A stretch of DNA of 64,000 bases from a virus, in IMG/VR virus record IMGVR_UViG_3300008255_000002; one strand, 5' to 3'. Below, one piece after another: positions 30,591 to 40,632 of the stretch. Below the pieces are notes generated by a model. The model was not told the DNA's origin. It was given only the letters and a program-made list of their open reading frames with translations, and did no database searches. Made by a program: the position numbers and the translations under genes. How positions within the stretch are numbered: the stretch's first letter is position 1; each line of letters opens with the position of its first letter.

Positions 30591-31102
30591 CTATATTCCC
30601 CTCCCTTAAAAATTCTTTCCTTTAATACACCATCGTATACATCAAATTGAATACCGGATTCGTGTAATATTTCGTGCCCTAATTCTATCGAATCTAACCA
30701 TTTAGTGTTTTTATCTAAACTAATTTTATGAGTTACGACCCTTTTAATTCCTACACCAGCTATACTTAAACAACATTCAATACACCCAACCCAATAACAA
30801 TATAAGGTTGAATTAATTATATGATTATGTTTTTTTATAGCATCATAAATTGCTGCGCGTTCTGCATGAAGAATTTTCTTTTTGTTTTTATCAGGCACTA
30901 CACCGTTAATATAATGATTATATCCTTCTCCGATAATTAATCCGCCACAATTTATTAAGATTGCTCCTATTTTTGTTCTCGGGTCTGGACTATTATTACT
31001 TAATGTAATTGATTTTTTTAAAAATACAATATCTTGATTATTAATCATGTTTATCCTTATTATATTTAGATACTTTATTACACCATTCAATAAATTCTTC
31101 AT
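30581..31102 (-). CDS. dCMP deaminase-like protein (likely start MINNQD)
   Basis: SPDPRTKIGA, GYN, HAE, CIEC. Confidence 0.85.
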   Translation of the reverse strand: MKNLLNGVIKYLNIIRINMINNQDIVFLKKSITLSNNSPDPRTKIGAILINCGGLIIGEGYNHYINGVVPDKNKKKILHAERAAIYDAIKKHNHIINSTLYCYWVGCIECCLSIAGVGIKRVVTHKISLDKNTKWLDSIELGHEILHESGIQFDVYDGVLKERIFKGGEYRWI

Positions 31103-31835
31103 CGGTTAAATCTTGTTTCATTATATTTATAATTTTATGAACCCATTGTACGTTTTCATTAATGTATCCTTTAGAAGAATTTATTCTATCAAGAGATGCT
31201 GTTGTTTCTTTACTGTATTTATTTCCCCATTTTTTACAAAATTTAATTGTTTCTCCGGTTAGAGTACATTTTTTATCTTGTTTTAAAAATAAATTCCATA
31301 AAAATTCTGCCGACAAACTAAATTCTAAACCTCTCGAACTAGCACCCCTTTTAATACTGTATATATGAGCACCTGAAATTTCTTTAAATCCAGTAGATCT
31401 AATATGATTGTTTTGTGAGTGGTTTTCTTTGCATCCACATGTTGTATTGTTTCCGCTTGTTAATGAATTACTATTAAGTTTTTTTAATTTTCCACAACTG
31501 CATTTGCATAACCATAAAGCACCACTATATTTAGTCTTTTCTGGACATAGCTCTAATATAGTTAATTCTCCAAATTTCTTCCCTGTTAAATCAACAAAAT
31601 TATATTTTGGTCTGCTTTTGTAATAACATCCACAAGACATAATCCTTGTTTTTTTATAACAATTTAGATTTCTATGTTTTACCTTAATTTCTATGCCACA
31701 ATCACACCTACAAAGCCATATAATTCTACTAGTATTGTGTTTTCCTTCTAATTGATTTGGTAATCTTTTTATTACAGTTAACATACCAAATCTTTGATTT
31801 TCTTTATCTATAAATTTTCCCATAATATTTATCAC
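31041..31835 (-). CDS. HNH homing endonuclease with duplicated WLC.C.CG..SCGC modules
   Basis: SLDRINSSKGY...NVQWVHK.IN.MK. Confidence 0.85.
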   Translation of the reverse strand: MINIMGKFIDKENQRFGMLTVIKRLPNQLEGKHNTSRIIWLCRCDCGIEIKVKHRNLNCYKKTRIMSCGCYYKSRPKYNFVDLTGKKFGELTILELCPEKTKYSGALWLCKCSCGKLKKLNSNSLTSGNNTTCGCKENHSQNNHIRSTGFKEISGAHIYSIKRGASSRGLEFSLSAEFLWNLFLKQDKKCTLTGETIKFCKKWGNKYSKETTASLDRINSSKGYINENVQWVHKIINIMKQDLTDEEFIEWCNKVSKYNKDKHD

Positions 31836-32107
31836 TTATCATATAACTTATCCATATTAACTTTGTGTTTTTCTATTGTTTTATTAACACAACTACATGT
31901 AATTAATATATCTCTTTCCATGTGAGGTTGATTAATATGAAGATATCCTTTTCCATGACACTTTTTGCATTGTCTGCAAGAAACAGGGGAGTTTTTCCAT
32001 TTATCTCTCCCCTTGCTTCTTTTTGCATAAAATTCGCATGTTTCTTTATCAATTTCTGAATTACTGATTTTTCCTAGTGTCTTGTGATCTAGCATTTCTA
32101 CTATCAT
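31832..32107 (-). CDS. Zinc-finger protein
   Basis: CKKCHGKG...CSCV. Confidence 0.55.
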   Translation of the reverse strand: MIVEMLDHKTLGKISNSEIDKETCEFYAKRSKGRDKWKNSPVSCRQCKKCHGKGYLHINQPHMERDILITCSCVNKTIEKHKVNMDKLYDK

Positions 32108-32585
32108 ATAATTTAATCCTATTTAATTGGTTGTCAATTACAGATTGTGTAATTCCTTTTGATGCTCTATTGATGAGTAGTTCGTACACGTCATATTGTA
32201 CATTTTCCTTGAAATTCCTATCTGGATTTTCCAGCTTATCAGATGTTGCTTTTTTGATATATCTCCATAAAATCCATCTATATAATGTATTAGGGTTACT
32301 AAAACGTTCTGCTTTTGTTTGACAATTTTCGATTAGCAATTTAACCACAAAGGTAGCAACAACAATGATAACGTCAACGTATTGTACTGCTCCCTCATCT
32401 TTTAATTTAAAGTATTCGTCTTGATATGCAGATGGAATACCTATTTCATTTGCGATATTATAAAATTCGTTATATAATGGGTGTGTTTTATACATAATAT
32501 TATTTCCATAAATAAAAGTCTGATTTTTGTAATTCTTTAGATCTTTCTTCAAAACCATTAACATTACTATATGTGTATGAATCAC
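32061..32585 (-). CDS. Hypothetical membrane protein (likely start MYKTHP)
   Basis: Hydrophobic VDVIIVVATFVVKLLI followed by C. Confidence 0.55.
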   Translation of the reverse strand: MIHTHIVMLMVLKKDLKNYKNQTFIYGNNIMYKTHPLYNEFYNIANEIGIPSAYQDEYFKLKDEGAVQYVDVIIVVATFVVKLLIENCQTKAERFSNPNTLYRWILWRYIKKATSDKLENPDRNFKENVQYDVYELLINRASKGITQSVIDNQLNRIKLYDSRNARSQDTRKNQ

Positions 32586-33429
32586 CTTGTTTTAACATTT
32601 TATCTAAATATTCTCCGCGAACACGTAAACATCCTGCCGGTAATTGTTCACCAGTTTGAAAATCAACTAAACGACCATGAACATTACCCCAACTATTTAA
32701 AATAATGAAATATAAACCATATTGAGGGTGCCATTCAAATCCACAAATGGACATGCAATGATTCCAAACGCCTCTTGGAGCGTGAAATCCATCACGCGAA
32801 GCTTGCATATTAAACCCCCAATCACTACATACGCTTGTGTAGTATCCATTCATTAGGGCAATAGCACAATCTTCAGCGCTTGTTACTTTTGCGGTTACTC
32901 TAACTAAATGTTTTTTACCTATTTCTAAGAAGTTAGATGGTGGTCCGTTTCTTCCCCAGCTTTTAGCAATACTTCCTTGATATTTTTGTAATCCAGGAGT
33001 ATCACTTGCTAATATTCCGTATTGTTTAACTGCATCTTGTTGCCAAACACCTAAACTACCATCTCCCCATAATCGACCCCCACCAATTTGTACCCTACCA
33101 GTACCATAAAAATATGGAGCATATAATTCTTTATAGTTATCAAATTCTGTTGGACGAATAAAAATATCTGCCAGAATATTATATTCATTAACTTGTTTTG
33201 CGCCGAAACTTACACAATCACCGATTTCTTGAATATATACTGGTAAATCTTTTCCTAGGACTTTGCGGTTGATTTCCCAACCCATAAATCTTTTATCTTT
33301 AATATCTGTGATTAGTTTATAGGTAGAAATATTATCTACATTATCACCAAATAGATAAAAATGCTCTTTTAAAACATCTTCACCTGCCCACCCACAATAA
33401 TTACTAGAAACGTCTTTTGTAATACGCAT
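32500..33429 (-). CDS. Papain-like (C1) cysteine peptidase
   Basis: Q..GDCVSFG, WNHCM, ILNSWG catalytic motifs. Confidence 0.85.
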   Translation of the reverse strand: MRITKDVSSNYCGWAGEDVLKEHFYLFGDNVDNISTYKLITDIKDKRFMGWEINRKVLGKDLPVYIQEIGDCVSFGAKQVNEYNILADIFIRPTEFDNYKELYAPYFYGTGRVQIGGGRLWGDGSLGVWQQDAVKQYGILASDTPGLQKYQGSIAKSWGRNGPPSNFLEIGKKHLVRVTAKVTSAEDCAIALMNGYYTSVCSDWGFNMQASRDGFHAPRGVWNHCMSICGFEWHPQYGLYFIILNSWGNVHGRLVDFQTGEQLPAGCLRVRGEYLDKMLKQGDSYTYSNVNGFEERSKELQKSDFYLWK

Positions 33430-33467
33430 AAAAATATCCTCTTAATATAATTTAACCTTAAGATTAA

Positions 33468-33473
33468 ATACAC
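33468..33473 (-). promoter_or_regulatory. GTGTAT motif upstream of C1 peptidase
   Basis: Recurrent intergenic motif. Confidence 0.55.
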
Positions 33474-33491
33474 TATTAAGAATATCTATCT

Positions 33492-34292
33492 TTATTTAAC
33501 ATTCTCTAATCCTATAGCAATATCGTTCCAATAATCCGCATATTGAGGAACAGTTATTAATAATTTATTATTATACTGAACCCAAAGATAATCTTGTAAA
33601 TTATACAAAAATTTAGAAATATGATTTTGTGTAATTCCAAGTGGTTCTAGTTTCTGTTGATTTAATATTGCTGTGCTTGTTGTAATTGTTTGTGGTGTTG
33701 ATGTAGAATTTATTGATCTAGCCACTTCTCTAAAATTTTCTGCCATTACTTTAGCAACATTTTTATCTAAATTTAATTCATTAAACCATTTAAGAGATAA
33801 TTTAGATGTTTCATTTAAATCTGGTAATGGAGGGTCTGGATCAGGGTTTGGTGTTGGACCTATTCCGTTTACAGTTACTTTTGTTTGTGCATCAATTGTT
33901 TTTGTAAATGTTTTATCGTCAACTTCATATATTAAATCAACAGAAACTTTTATATCAAATTCATCTTTTGCAATAACCCAATTATTATTATTAATAACAT
34001 AATTAACACCAACACCCAAGATAATTTCATCATTAAAAACCCTAAAAGGTTTTGTAGATTCCCATTTTATTTTTTTATCTTTAATATTATCTGGAGCATG
34101 ATCTTTCAGATTAATCCCAAAACTAGCCAAATCACCTGGATTATATGGGCGTTCTGCGCCGGTAATACTAACACTTGGTTTAATAATTGAATCAACAACA
34201 ATAACCTTACCATTAAGAATTGCTAATTCAGAAGAGAACGTATTTTGTGATCCTAGAATCAAAACTAAAGACAGAACGATATATTTAAACAT
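33492..34292 (-). CDS. Secreted protein with Pro-rich linker
   Basis: Signal peptide; GPTPNPDPDPPLP. Confidence 0.7.
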   Translation of the reverse strand: MFKYIVLSLVLILGSQNTFSSELAILNGKVIVVDSIIKPSVSITGAERPYNPGDLASFGINLKDHAPDNIKDKKIKWESTKPFRVFNDEIILGVGVNYVINNNNWVIAKDEFDIKVSVDLIYEVDDKTFTKTIDAQTKVTVNGIGPTPNPDPDPPLPDLNETSKLSLKWFNELNLDKNVAKVMAENFREVARSINSTSTPQTITTSTAILNQQKLEPLGITQNHISKFLYNLQDYLWVQYNNKLLITVPQYADYWNDIAIGLENVK

Positions 34293-34329
34293 AAAATTAT
34301 CCCCTTAATAAAACTGTATTTTAAATTAA

Positions 34330-34335
34330 ATACAC
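34330..34335 (-). promoter_or_regulatory. GTGTAT motif
   Basis: Recurrent intergenic motif. Confidence 0.55.
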
Positions 34336-34355
34336 CTTATCAAGAGGATAATATA

Positions 34356-34622
34356 TTATTTACCTTGAGCTTTCTTGTGTAGCAAAGCAACAACAAAAAT
34401 AACCAATGCGTCTACGACAGCTTGAGCATCAAAAGTTGTCCAATCAACAGTAACAAATAAATGTTTAACTAACTCTGTTAGCTCGCCACCAAAAATAACA
34501 TAAAGAATAACAAGCAGAATCGCTGATACAGCTTCTTTCCAAGAAATCTTTCCTTTAACTGAATCAGCAAAAGGTTGCCATAATTTTGTAATCAAAAAAC
34601 TAACTACTTTTAGTTGTGCCAT
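34356..34622 (-). CDS. Holin-like small membrane protein
   Basis: Two hydrophobic segments, basic C-terminus. Confidence 0.5.
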   Translation of the reverse strand: MAQLKVVSFLITKLWQPFADSVKGKISWKEAVSAILLVILYVIFGGELTELVKHLFVTVDWTTFDAQAVVDALVIFVVALLHKKAQGK

Positions 34623-34638
34623 TTTAAACTCTCCATTT

Positions 34639-35118
34639 TTATTCTAAAATAACCTTATAAAGCATTTTAAAGAAACCAGTATTCATACTTAAATCTATAA
34701 TTAAGCTAATCCACCCTAAAATTAAAACTAATATCAATATATTTTTTTTTTGAGATTCTTTCTGAACTTTTACATCAATTTTATTAAATTGTTGTCTTAA
34801 ATTATCTATATCACTTTGAAGTTTAAGTATCTGTACATCTATTTTTTCTTCAAATTTTTCTAATTTTTGATCTAGCTTATTAATAACTGTAAGATTTTTC
34901 TCAAATAACTTATTTAATTGTTCTTGATTTTTATCAAAACCCTCAAGTCTAAATAAGACAGAGGATTTTCCTTTATACATTGTATTATTTAACCCTTCAA
35001 TATTATGATTTAACTTATTAAGAGTTAAAGATATGTCATCTAAGGAATCTTTTATCTTTCCTTGGATTTGTTGTGTTCTTTCGTCAATAACAGCTATTTG
35101 AGTATTAATATTACTCAT
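34639..35118 (-). CDS. Coiled-coil protein with C-terminal TM segment
   Basis: Heptad pattern; ILILVLILGWISLII. Confidence 0.6.
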   Translation of the reverse strand: MSNINTQIAVIDERTQQIQGKIKDSLDDISLTLNKLNHNIEGLNNTMYKGKSSVLFRLEGFDKNQEQLNKLFEKNLTVINKLDQKLEKFEEKIDVQILKLQSDIDNLRQQFNKIDVKVQKESQKKNILILVLILGWISLIIDLSMNTGFFKMLYKVILE

Positions 35119-35633
35119 TATACTTTGCTATCGTAGTTTGTTTGTTCGGGAACAGGATCACCAGTTAGATAAGTAAGTTTGCTTGTAGTTGATCTTGATA
35201 CGCGAGCAGCATTATCATTACCAAAAGAATCTGAAGATACAGGTATTTTCGATGAAGGTAAACCAGTGAATAAATCAAAAGTTACAAGGTCTGGACGTAG
35301 CGAAAATCTTGTTTCATTATATCTAATTGATTTACGACTTGTATTTCGTGGCGACATTAAAATTGTTGAATTGGAAACACCACCAGCAATTGCTCTTGTT
35401 ACAGCACGCATAATAAAATTACCGACACTTGTATTTGCAAATACGCCACCAGAAATTAATTTTTCAGTAACATTAATTTTTTCTTTCATAGGATTGGAAG
35501 ACTGTACAGCAATTAATGTTCTTCCAATTTCTTTAGTGATAACATTATCTCTAGTTTTACCATAAATCATAACGCCACCGTTGTTTTTAACAGCGTTAGC
35601 ATCGATTATTTTCTCTAATACAATTTTAGCCAT
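35118..35633 (-). CDS. Hypothetical protein (possibly virion)
   Basis: AGGAG RBS and upstream GTGTAT motif. Confidence 0.6.
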   Translation of the reverse strand: MAKIVLEKIIDANAVKNNGGVMIYGKTRDNVITKEIGRTLIAVQSSNPMKEKINVTEKLISGGVFANTSVGNFIMRAVTRAIAGGVSNSTILMSPRNTSRKSIRYNETRFSLRPDLVTFDLFTGLPSSKIPVSSDSFGNDNAARVSRSTTSKLTYLTGDPVPEQTNYDSKV

Positions 35634-35673
35634 AACGAACTCCTAATATAAAAAAGCGGCTTTTTATATTATA

Positions 35674-35679
35674 ATACAC
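35674..35679 (-). promoter_or_regulatory. GTGTAT motif
   Basis: Recurrent intergenic motif. Confidence 0.55.
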
Positions 35680-36395
35680 TAATCTTTTAGAACAGAATTT
35701 ATTTTAGGTTGTATATCTTCCCAATCAAATAATTTGCCCAAGATAACTAATAAACAGTGTTTAGAAAAAAAATGTGTAAATTCTATTCCGTTAATCTGAG
35801 ATATTAATTTAACGTGATATTCTTGTATTGGAAAATTTGTATAACATATCCAACATTCTCTTTTTAGATATTTGTTAACTTGTCCGTTATGATTATTATT
35901 TCTGATTAATTCTAATAACATAACATTTTCGTTCTTTTCAACAAACTTTTCGTCATCATCATCATCTTCATCATCATCGTCATTATCTTCATATAAACTC
36001 GAAGTATTATAATAATCCCATTTTATTTGTTTTTTAAATTTTTTATCTTTTATTAATCCAAGATATGTATCCTGGACTTTTAAAACAACTTGATTTATAA
36101 AATCCTCTGATGCTTGAATAATTTCTGATTTTGTTGTTTTATCAGAGTCCGATTTATTATTAATAGCATCAATAACAAACTCTCCAATTGTACCCGCACG
36201 GATCGCCCCAACAAGATATCCAAAATCATTTGTGTTGATATCTTTATCATCCCAATTACATTTAATATTTATGTCGCCATTATCTAAAAGGCTTATATTA
36301 ATACTTTTTTCGTTTACCATATTAATAATTCCTAACTTCCCAAAAAATTGTGTTTCTGTTTTTAATAATTCCAACGTCACAAGAATATACCCCAA
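35679..36395 (-). CDS. Hypothetical protein with poly-Asp tract (likely start MVNEKS)
   Basis: EDNDDDDEDDDDDE. Confidence 0.6.
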   Translation of the reverse strand: MGYILVTLELLKTETQFFGKLGIINMVNEKSINISLLDNGDINIKCNWDDKDINTNDFGYLVGAIRAGTIGEFVIDAINNKSDSDKTTKSEIIQASEDFINQVVLKVQDTYLGLIKDKKFKKQIKWDYYNTSSLYEDNDDDDEDDDDDEKFVEKNENVMLLELIRNNNHNGQVNKYLKRECWICYTNFPIQEYHVKLISQINGIEFTHFFSKHCLLVILGKLFDWEDIQPKINSVLKD

Positions 36396-36873
36396 ATTCT
36401 ATAACGGCATTATCATAAGTATCTAATAGTATTTCTAAATCATTATAGCTATTTGGGTCCATATAATACTTTAATATATATAATGCTTGTGATCGTAATG
36501 CCTGATTTGCGTAATTCATTGCGGTGCTTAGTGGTATTTTTTCAAAACTGTATAATAAATTTAAACCATCATCAAATCTAAAAACCTCACCCTGAATTAA
36601 CAATTTATGATCTGGTGGACTTTCATTAAAATAAAATTTATTAATATCTGTATTAGAATAAAGAGATTTAGATATACAAAATTGTAATGCATCATAAACT
36701 GGTATATGGTATTTTTTGAAATCTTCTCTATTTTTATCTTTATATCTTATGGAAACATTACCAGCATAATCAGAATTAAATAATTCATTTATGTTATCAA
36801 ACGATCTTAATTTATTGCCTAACAACTCATTTTTATAGAGTTTATAGAATTCTTTTTTAGTCTTGATTTTCAT
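36322..36873 (-). CDS. Conserved hypothetical protein (paralog of 29798-30352)
   Basis: See paralog. Confidence 0.75.
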   Translation of the reverse strand: MKIKTKKEFYKLYKNELLGNKLRSFDNINELFNSDYAGNVSIRYKDKNREDFKKYHIPVYDALQFCISKSLYSNTDINKFYFNESPPDHKLLIQGEVFRFDDGLNLLYSFEKIPLSTAMNYANQALRSQALYILKYYMDPNSYNDLEILLDTYDNAVIEFGVYSCDVGIIKNRNTIFWEVRNY

Positions 36874-37432
36874 TTAGTAATTCGCCCAATACTCTATTAA
36901 TAAATGTTGCATCTCCATACTCAGAACTTCTAATGGTGTCAATTACACTTCTTATATAATAATTATCTATATTATCTGATATATAATTATCAAGAGTTAA
37001 TTCCCTTAATACAATATTGTTTTGGGTTTTTCCTACTAGATATTCAAAACAACACCCATTTGAATATTGCCAATTCTTATTAAAGATGATTTCTGATACA
37101 AATTCTACTATAATAGTTTTCCACATATATAAATAATCATATCGTGTCCAATGATCTATATTAAATTCAGCAGGATTTATGATTTGTACAAAAGATTGCT
37201 TCCCATACTTATCGTGTGATTGAATATATTTTTCAAACTTATACGCTTGATTTTTATTATATTCTATAACACTTTCTTTATATGGATTTTTTAATGATTC
37301 TAATCCTGTTGTTATTGGCGTGCTAAGATAAACAACATATTTCCCATCTAATATATTTTTATATGCTTCAGCTACCGCATTTACTTCATCAATATGTGTA
37401 ACTTGTGATTCTATTTCATCTATTAAATTCAT
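36857..37432 (-). CDS. Nucleoside deoxyribosyltransferase-like / DUF4406-like protein
   Basis: YLSTPITTG, INPAE, NWQYSNGCCFE. Confidence 0.65.
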   Translation of the reverse strand: MNLIDEIESQVTHIDEVNAVAEAYKNILDGKYVVYLSTPITTGLESLKNPYKESVIEYNKNQAYKFEKYIQSHDKYGKQSFVQIINPAEFNIDHWTRYDYLYMWKTIIVEFVSEIIFNKNWQYSNGCCFEYLVGKTQNNIVLRELTLDNYISDNIDNYYIRSVIDTIRSSEYGDATFINRVLGELLNENQD

Positions 37433-38313
37433 ATAATATAATCCTTTTCTTTGTATTTTTCTAATCTATTTTTGTCAAATTTATCACAACACTCATTTTT
37501 TAATAGTTTTCTATGTTGAACCCATCCATAGAAATTCCCAGACCACTTATATTCATCGGTAGCCATACCTTGTGCTTCTGCTGGTGATGAATGTGGTGGA
37601 TATTTTTGATGGTCTTTATTTCCTTCTAGGTTTAATTTTTCCCAAAGATTTAAGTCGTCTTGTGGATTAGCCGAATTGCCATCAAAAGTTTTATAAGAAA
37701 TTCTAGCACACCTGGCAGCACTAAATTTAAGAAGGTCTTTGATATTATAAATCTCGCGCTCATCATCATTAATATATGGTAGGTGCCATTCTCCAACCTC
37801 TAATTTTTTTGGTGTAGAGTTATAATATAATTTAGCCATCATAGATACAATTTTTTGTGCCTCTGGTTGGCTATCATTATGAATCCTTAAATTAAACAGA
37901 TTATCAAAATTTGTTGCTGTTATTAATTCATCTACAAATAGGTATGGTTCAGAAACTCTATTTGAATATTGTTTATGTACACCTAACTTATTTAATAGAT
38001 ATTGTGTTAGGAGAGATGTATATAATCCAAATTTCCATACCTGATTAGCTAACCACGGATATTTTATTTCTTTTTTGCTGGATTGCATCCCTTTTTTATT
38101 TTTTCCCCAAGCTAAAGGGAAAACCGGATCGTCTAAAACTTCTTTAATTACATGTTTAATTGGTTTTGCACGACTAGACTTAACACTACGCGATAATGAT
38201 CTATGTCGAAGAAATTCCGCGTGGATAAATCGCGGATATCTCACCCTGAATGTTGTTAGACGAATACCGTTTGGTCCAATGCTATCTGCAATAATTTCAG
38301 CTTCATATCCCAT
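37429..38313 (-). CDS. thyX: Flavin-dependent thymidylate synthase
   Basis: PRFIHAEFLRHRSLSRSVKSSRA, HKQ..NR..EP, LR...SQPE, ARCARISY, HSSPAE. Confidence 0.92.
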   Translation of the reverse strand: MGYEAEIIADSIGPNGIRLTTFRVRYPRFIHAEFLRHRSLSRSVKSSRAKPIKHVIKEVLDDPVFPLAWGKNKKGMQSSKKEIKYPWLANQVWKFGLYTSLLTQYLLNKLGVHKQYSNRVSEPYLFVDELITATNFDNLFNLRIHNDSQPEAQKIVSMMAKLYYNSTPKKLEVGEWHLPYINDDEREIYNIKDLLKFSAARCARISYKTFDGNSANPQDDLNLWEKLNLEGNKDHQKYPPHSSPAEAQGMATDEYKWSGNFYGWVQHRKLLKNECCDKFDKNRLEKYKEKDYII

Positions 38314-38966
38314 TATTTATTTCCATAATTTAGGTGTGCTACTGACTTGATTAATGATTCTGATATTGTATCTGATATATATGTAGTATAAACCGTTTCT
38401 AACATTTCATAGTAGACCGCACATTTTTTACCTTTATGAATATCTAATTTCATTTCGCTAAATAAATTATATTCTTTTAATATTGAAAGTGATACAACCC
38501 CTCTAACCAAAAAACAATTTTCTTTCTGATCGTACAACACAAAAGCACACCAATCATCTTTATGTTTCTCTTGTGTGAATAATTGGTCTTCCATTTGAAA
38601 AACCCAAGATTCACCATATCTATCTGCACTTTCTTTATTACATGTTTTTACATGAATATTTTGTAGGTATTTATATCCATAATCCTTGTATGGTAAATCT
38701 GCATCCCAAGATTTTTTATTATATGAATATATTGTAAAATCTGGTTTTAATAGATGAGAAATATTAAAGTGTTCATTAAATAAAACAGATACGGCATATT
38801 CTCCTAACTTACCTTCTAATTCTTGTTGTTTTACTTTTTTAATATTTGCATTTCTGTTATCTAAGTAATATTTTTTAGAATTTGATTTATTTACAAAATC
38901 TTCACATTCTAAAATTTGTTCTTTAGATAAAGATATTTTTGCAAAATCATCATATAAAATAAACAT
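38313..38966 (-). CDS. PD-(D/E)XK-like nuclease
   Basis: GKLGEYAV...PDF...DADL...IHVKT. Confidence 0.55.
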   Translation of the reverse strand: MFILYDDFAKISLSKEQILECEDFVNKSNSKKYYLDNRNANIKKVKQQELEGKLGEYAVSVLFNEHFNISHLLKPDFTIYSYNKKSWDADLPYKDYGYKYLQNIHVKTCNKESADRYGESWVFQMEDQLFTQEKHKDDWCAFVLYDQKENCFLVRGVVSLSILKEYNLFSEMKLDIHKGKKCAVYYEMLETVYTTYISDTISESLIKSVAHLNYGNK

Positions 38967-39193
38967 TATTTCTTACCACTTTTAATCATGGGCATAGTGA
39001 TTCTATCATTTTTGTCTTTTGTTGCGTTTCTAGCAATTAAAACATTAAATCCCATTTCTTGCTTCGATCTAAGCTGATCCATTAGACCCATTGCAATAAC
39101 AAAAAATTCTTCATAAGAAGCACAATTAAAACTCATGGTGAGTTTTTCTAATAGCTCTTGATTTGGTTCTGTAAAATTAAGAGATAATTTCAT
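38966..39193 (-). CDS. Hypothetical protein
   Basis: GAGG RBS. Confidence 0.55.
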   Translation of the reverse strand: MKLSLNFTEPNQELLEKLTMSFNCASYEEFFVIAMGLMDQLRSKQEMGFNVLIARNATKDKNDRITMPMIKSGKK

Positions 39194-39342
39194 TTTATAT
39201 CCTCTTGCTAAGTAAATCGTGTATATTTTTAATCAATTCATTAAATTCTAAAACTAAATATTCGTCTAATCCAGATAGAAGACCATCCTTATATAACATA
39301 AGACTTTTATGCATATAAATATCTAAAAAATCCAAAAGACAA

Positions 39343-39730
39343 TTAATCATATTGTTCGACGCTAACCGGCTTATAGCCCCAAACATCAACGCCGACATCA
39401 ACCCTTAATAATCCATTATTATTTCCTTTTCCGTGTGAATGTCCGTGAAGCATTCTTGACCCACGCACTTTTGATTCCAATCGTCTATAGAATAATGAAA
39501 TAAAATGTATAATTTATTATTATAAGTTAATTCTTTATAATCGCCGACCCATTGAAATACTTCCTTTAGGGAGTTGACATTGAAATTTTTATAATCAATT
39601 AGGTTGCGCCACTGAATAGCTCTCCAATTAGAACCCTTCCCTAAATTACCTAACATATATAATGTATCATCTGGTTTAACAACTTCATTAATGTTATCTA
39701 TTAGAGATTTGTTCATTTTACCATGAATAC
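39343..39730 (-). pseudogene. Calcineurin-like metallophosphoesterase pseudogene
   Basis: MN..LIDNINEVVKPDDTLYMLG...LFHY..W, then a frameshift near 39465 into MLHGHSHG...VDVGVDVWGYKPVS; N-terminal motif missing. Confidence 0.75.
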
Positions 39731-39860
39731 ACAAGGCTTTTTCTTTATAATATAATCTATTACCAATATTAGTAATTGAATTCGATATACTTCTTAATGC
39801 CGTTGCTGAACCTGGAATATTTTGAATAAATTGCTTTATATTCATATACTATCCTTAAAT

Positions 39861-39893
39861 AAAAAGCGAGACGGAACTTAATCCGCCCCGCTT
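39861..39893 (-). terminator. Rho-independent terminator
   Basis: GCGGGGCGGA-TTAAGT-TCCGTCTCGC followed by TTTTT. Confidence 0.8.
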
Positions 39894-39909
39894 AATAGTT
39901 ATTTATTTT

Positions 39910-40383
39910 TTAACGATTTTTCCCTCCGACATTACTTAGAGCATTATTAAGTGTAGCTCTCATATTTTCAAGTTCTTGGCGAACCTTCTCGGTATCTAGC
40001 ACGCTCTTAACGGTTTCTTGGGCGCTTTCCCTAACTTTAGCAATTTCGTTCCTAAGATTAGAAATTTCTTCGTATTGAGCCTGAACCTTATCCCTTAATG
40101 AAACGATCGTTGCTTCTTTAAGCAATAGATTTTTATCAGTTTCAACTAATTCTTTTAATCTTTCTTTTTGTTCTTTTATTGCAACTTGAACATCTGTAAG
40201 TAGTTGTACTTCTTTACGTAGATTTACTTTAAGTTCTTCTAAGACCTTACCAACAGAATTTTTCACATTTGCTAGATTAACAACAACTGTATCAACCTTA
40301 ACATCTTTTGTGTTTTCAACTGCTTTTTCTACTTCAACTTGTGTAACTTTTGCTGCAACTGTAGTTTCTTTAGTTCTTGTCAT
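39910..40383 (-). CDS. Coiled-coil protein
   Basis: Heptad-rich sequence. Confidence 0.6.
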   Translation of the reverse strand: MTRTKETTVAAKVTQVEVEKAVENTKDVKVDTVVVNLANVKNSVGKVLEELKVNLRKEVQLLTDVQVAIKEQKERLKELVETDKNLLLKEATIVSLRDKVQAQYEEISNLRNEIAKVRESAQETVKSVLDTEKVRQELENMRATLNNALSNVGGKNR

Positions 40384-40386
40384 AGT

Positions 40387-40632
40387 TTATTTACATACCT
40401 TGTAAAGTTTGTTAAAGTCCCAATGATTCCAAACAGCATAACTCTTATTTATTTGTTTTCCAATTTGATCAGCTAATTTATATATATTTCTATAATCAAA
40501 AAGGTTGTTTTTGTTTGTTAAGAATTTACAAAGTTCATCAGCTTCACCCTCGGTTAATTCAATAACAATTTTTTTAACTTCTTTGGTGTCTCCGACACTA
40601 ATTTTTTCTTTTATAATTTCGCACGTCGCCAT
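40387..40632 (-). CDS. Hypothetical protein
   Basis: Shares L(T/S)..EA..L with neighbour 40633-40890. Confidence 0.6.
   Translation of the reverse strand: MATCEIIKEKISVGDTKEVKKIVIELTEGEADELCKFLTNKNNLFDYRNIYKLADQIGKQINKSYAVWNHWDFNKLYKVCK

Noticed and set aside
35645-35670. AT-rich inverted repeat upstream of 35633
   Set aside because: Low-complexity stem; cannot distinguish a terminator or operator from chance.
35950-35990. (TCA)n microsatellite
   Set aside because: Encodes a poly-Asp tract within a CDS.
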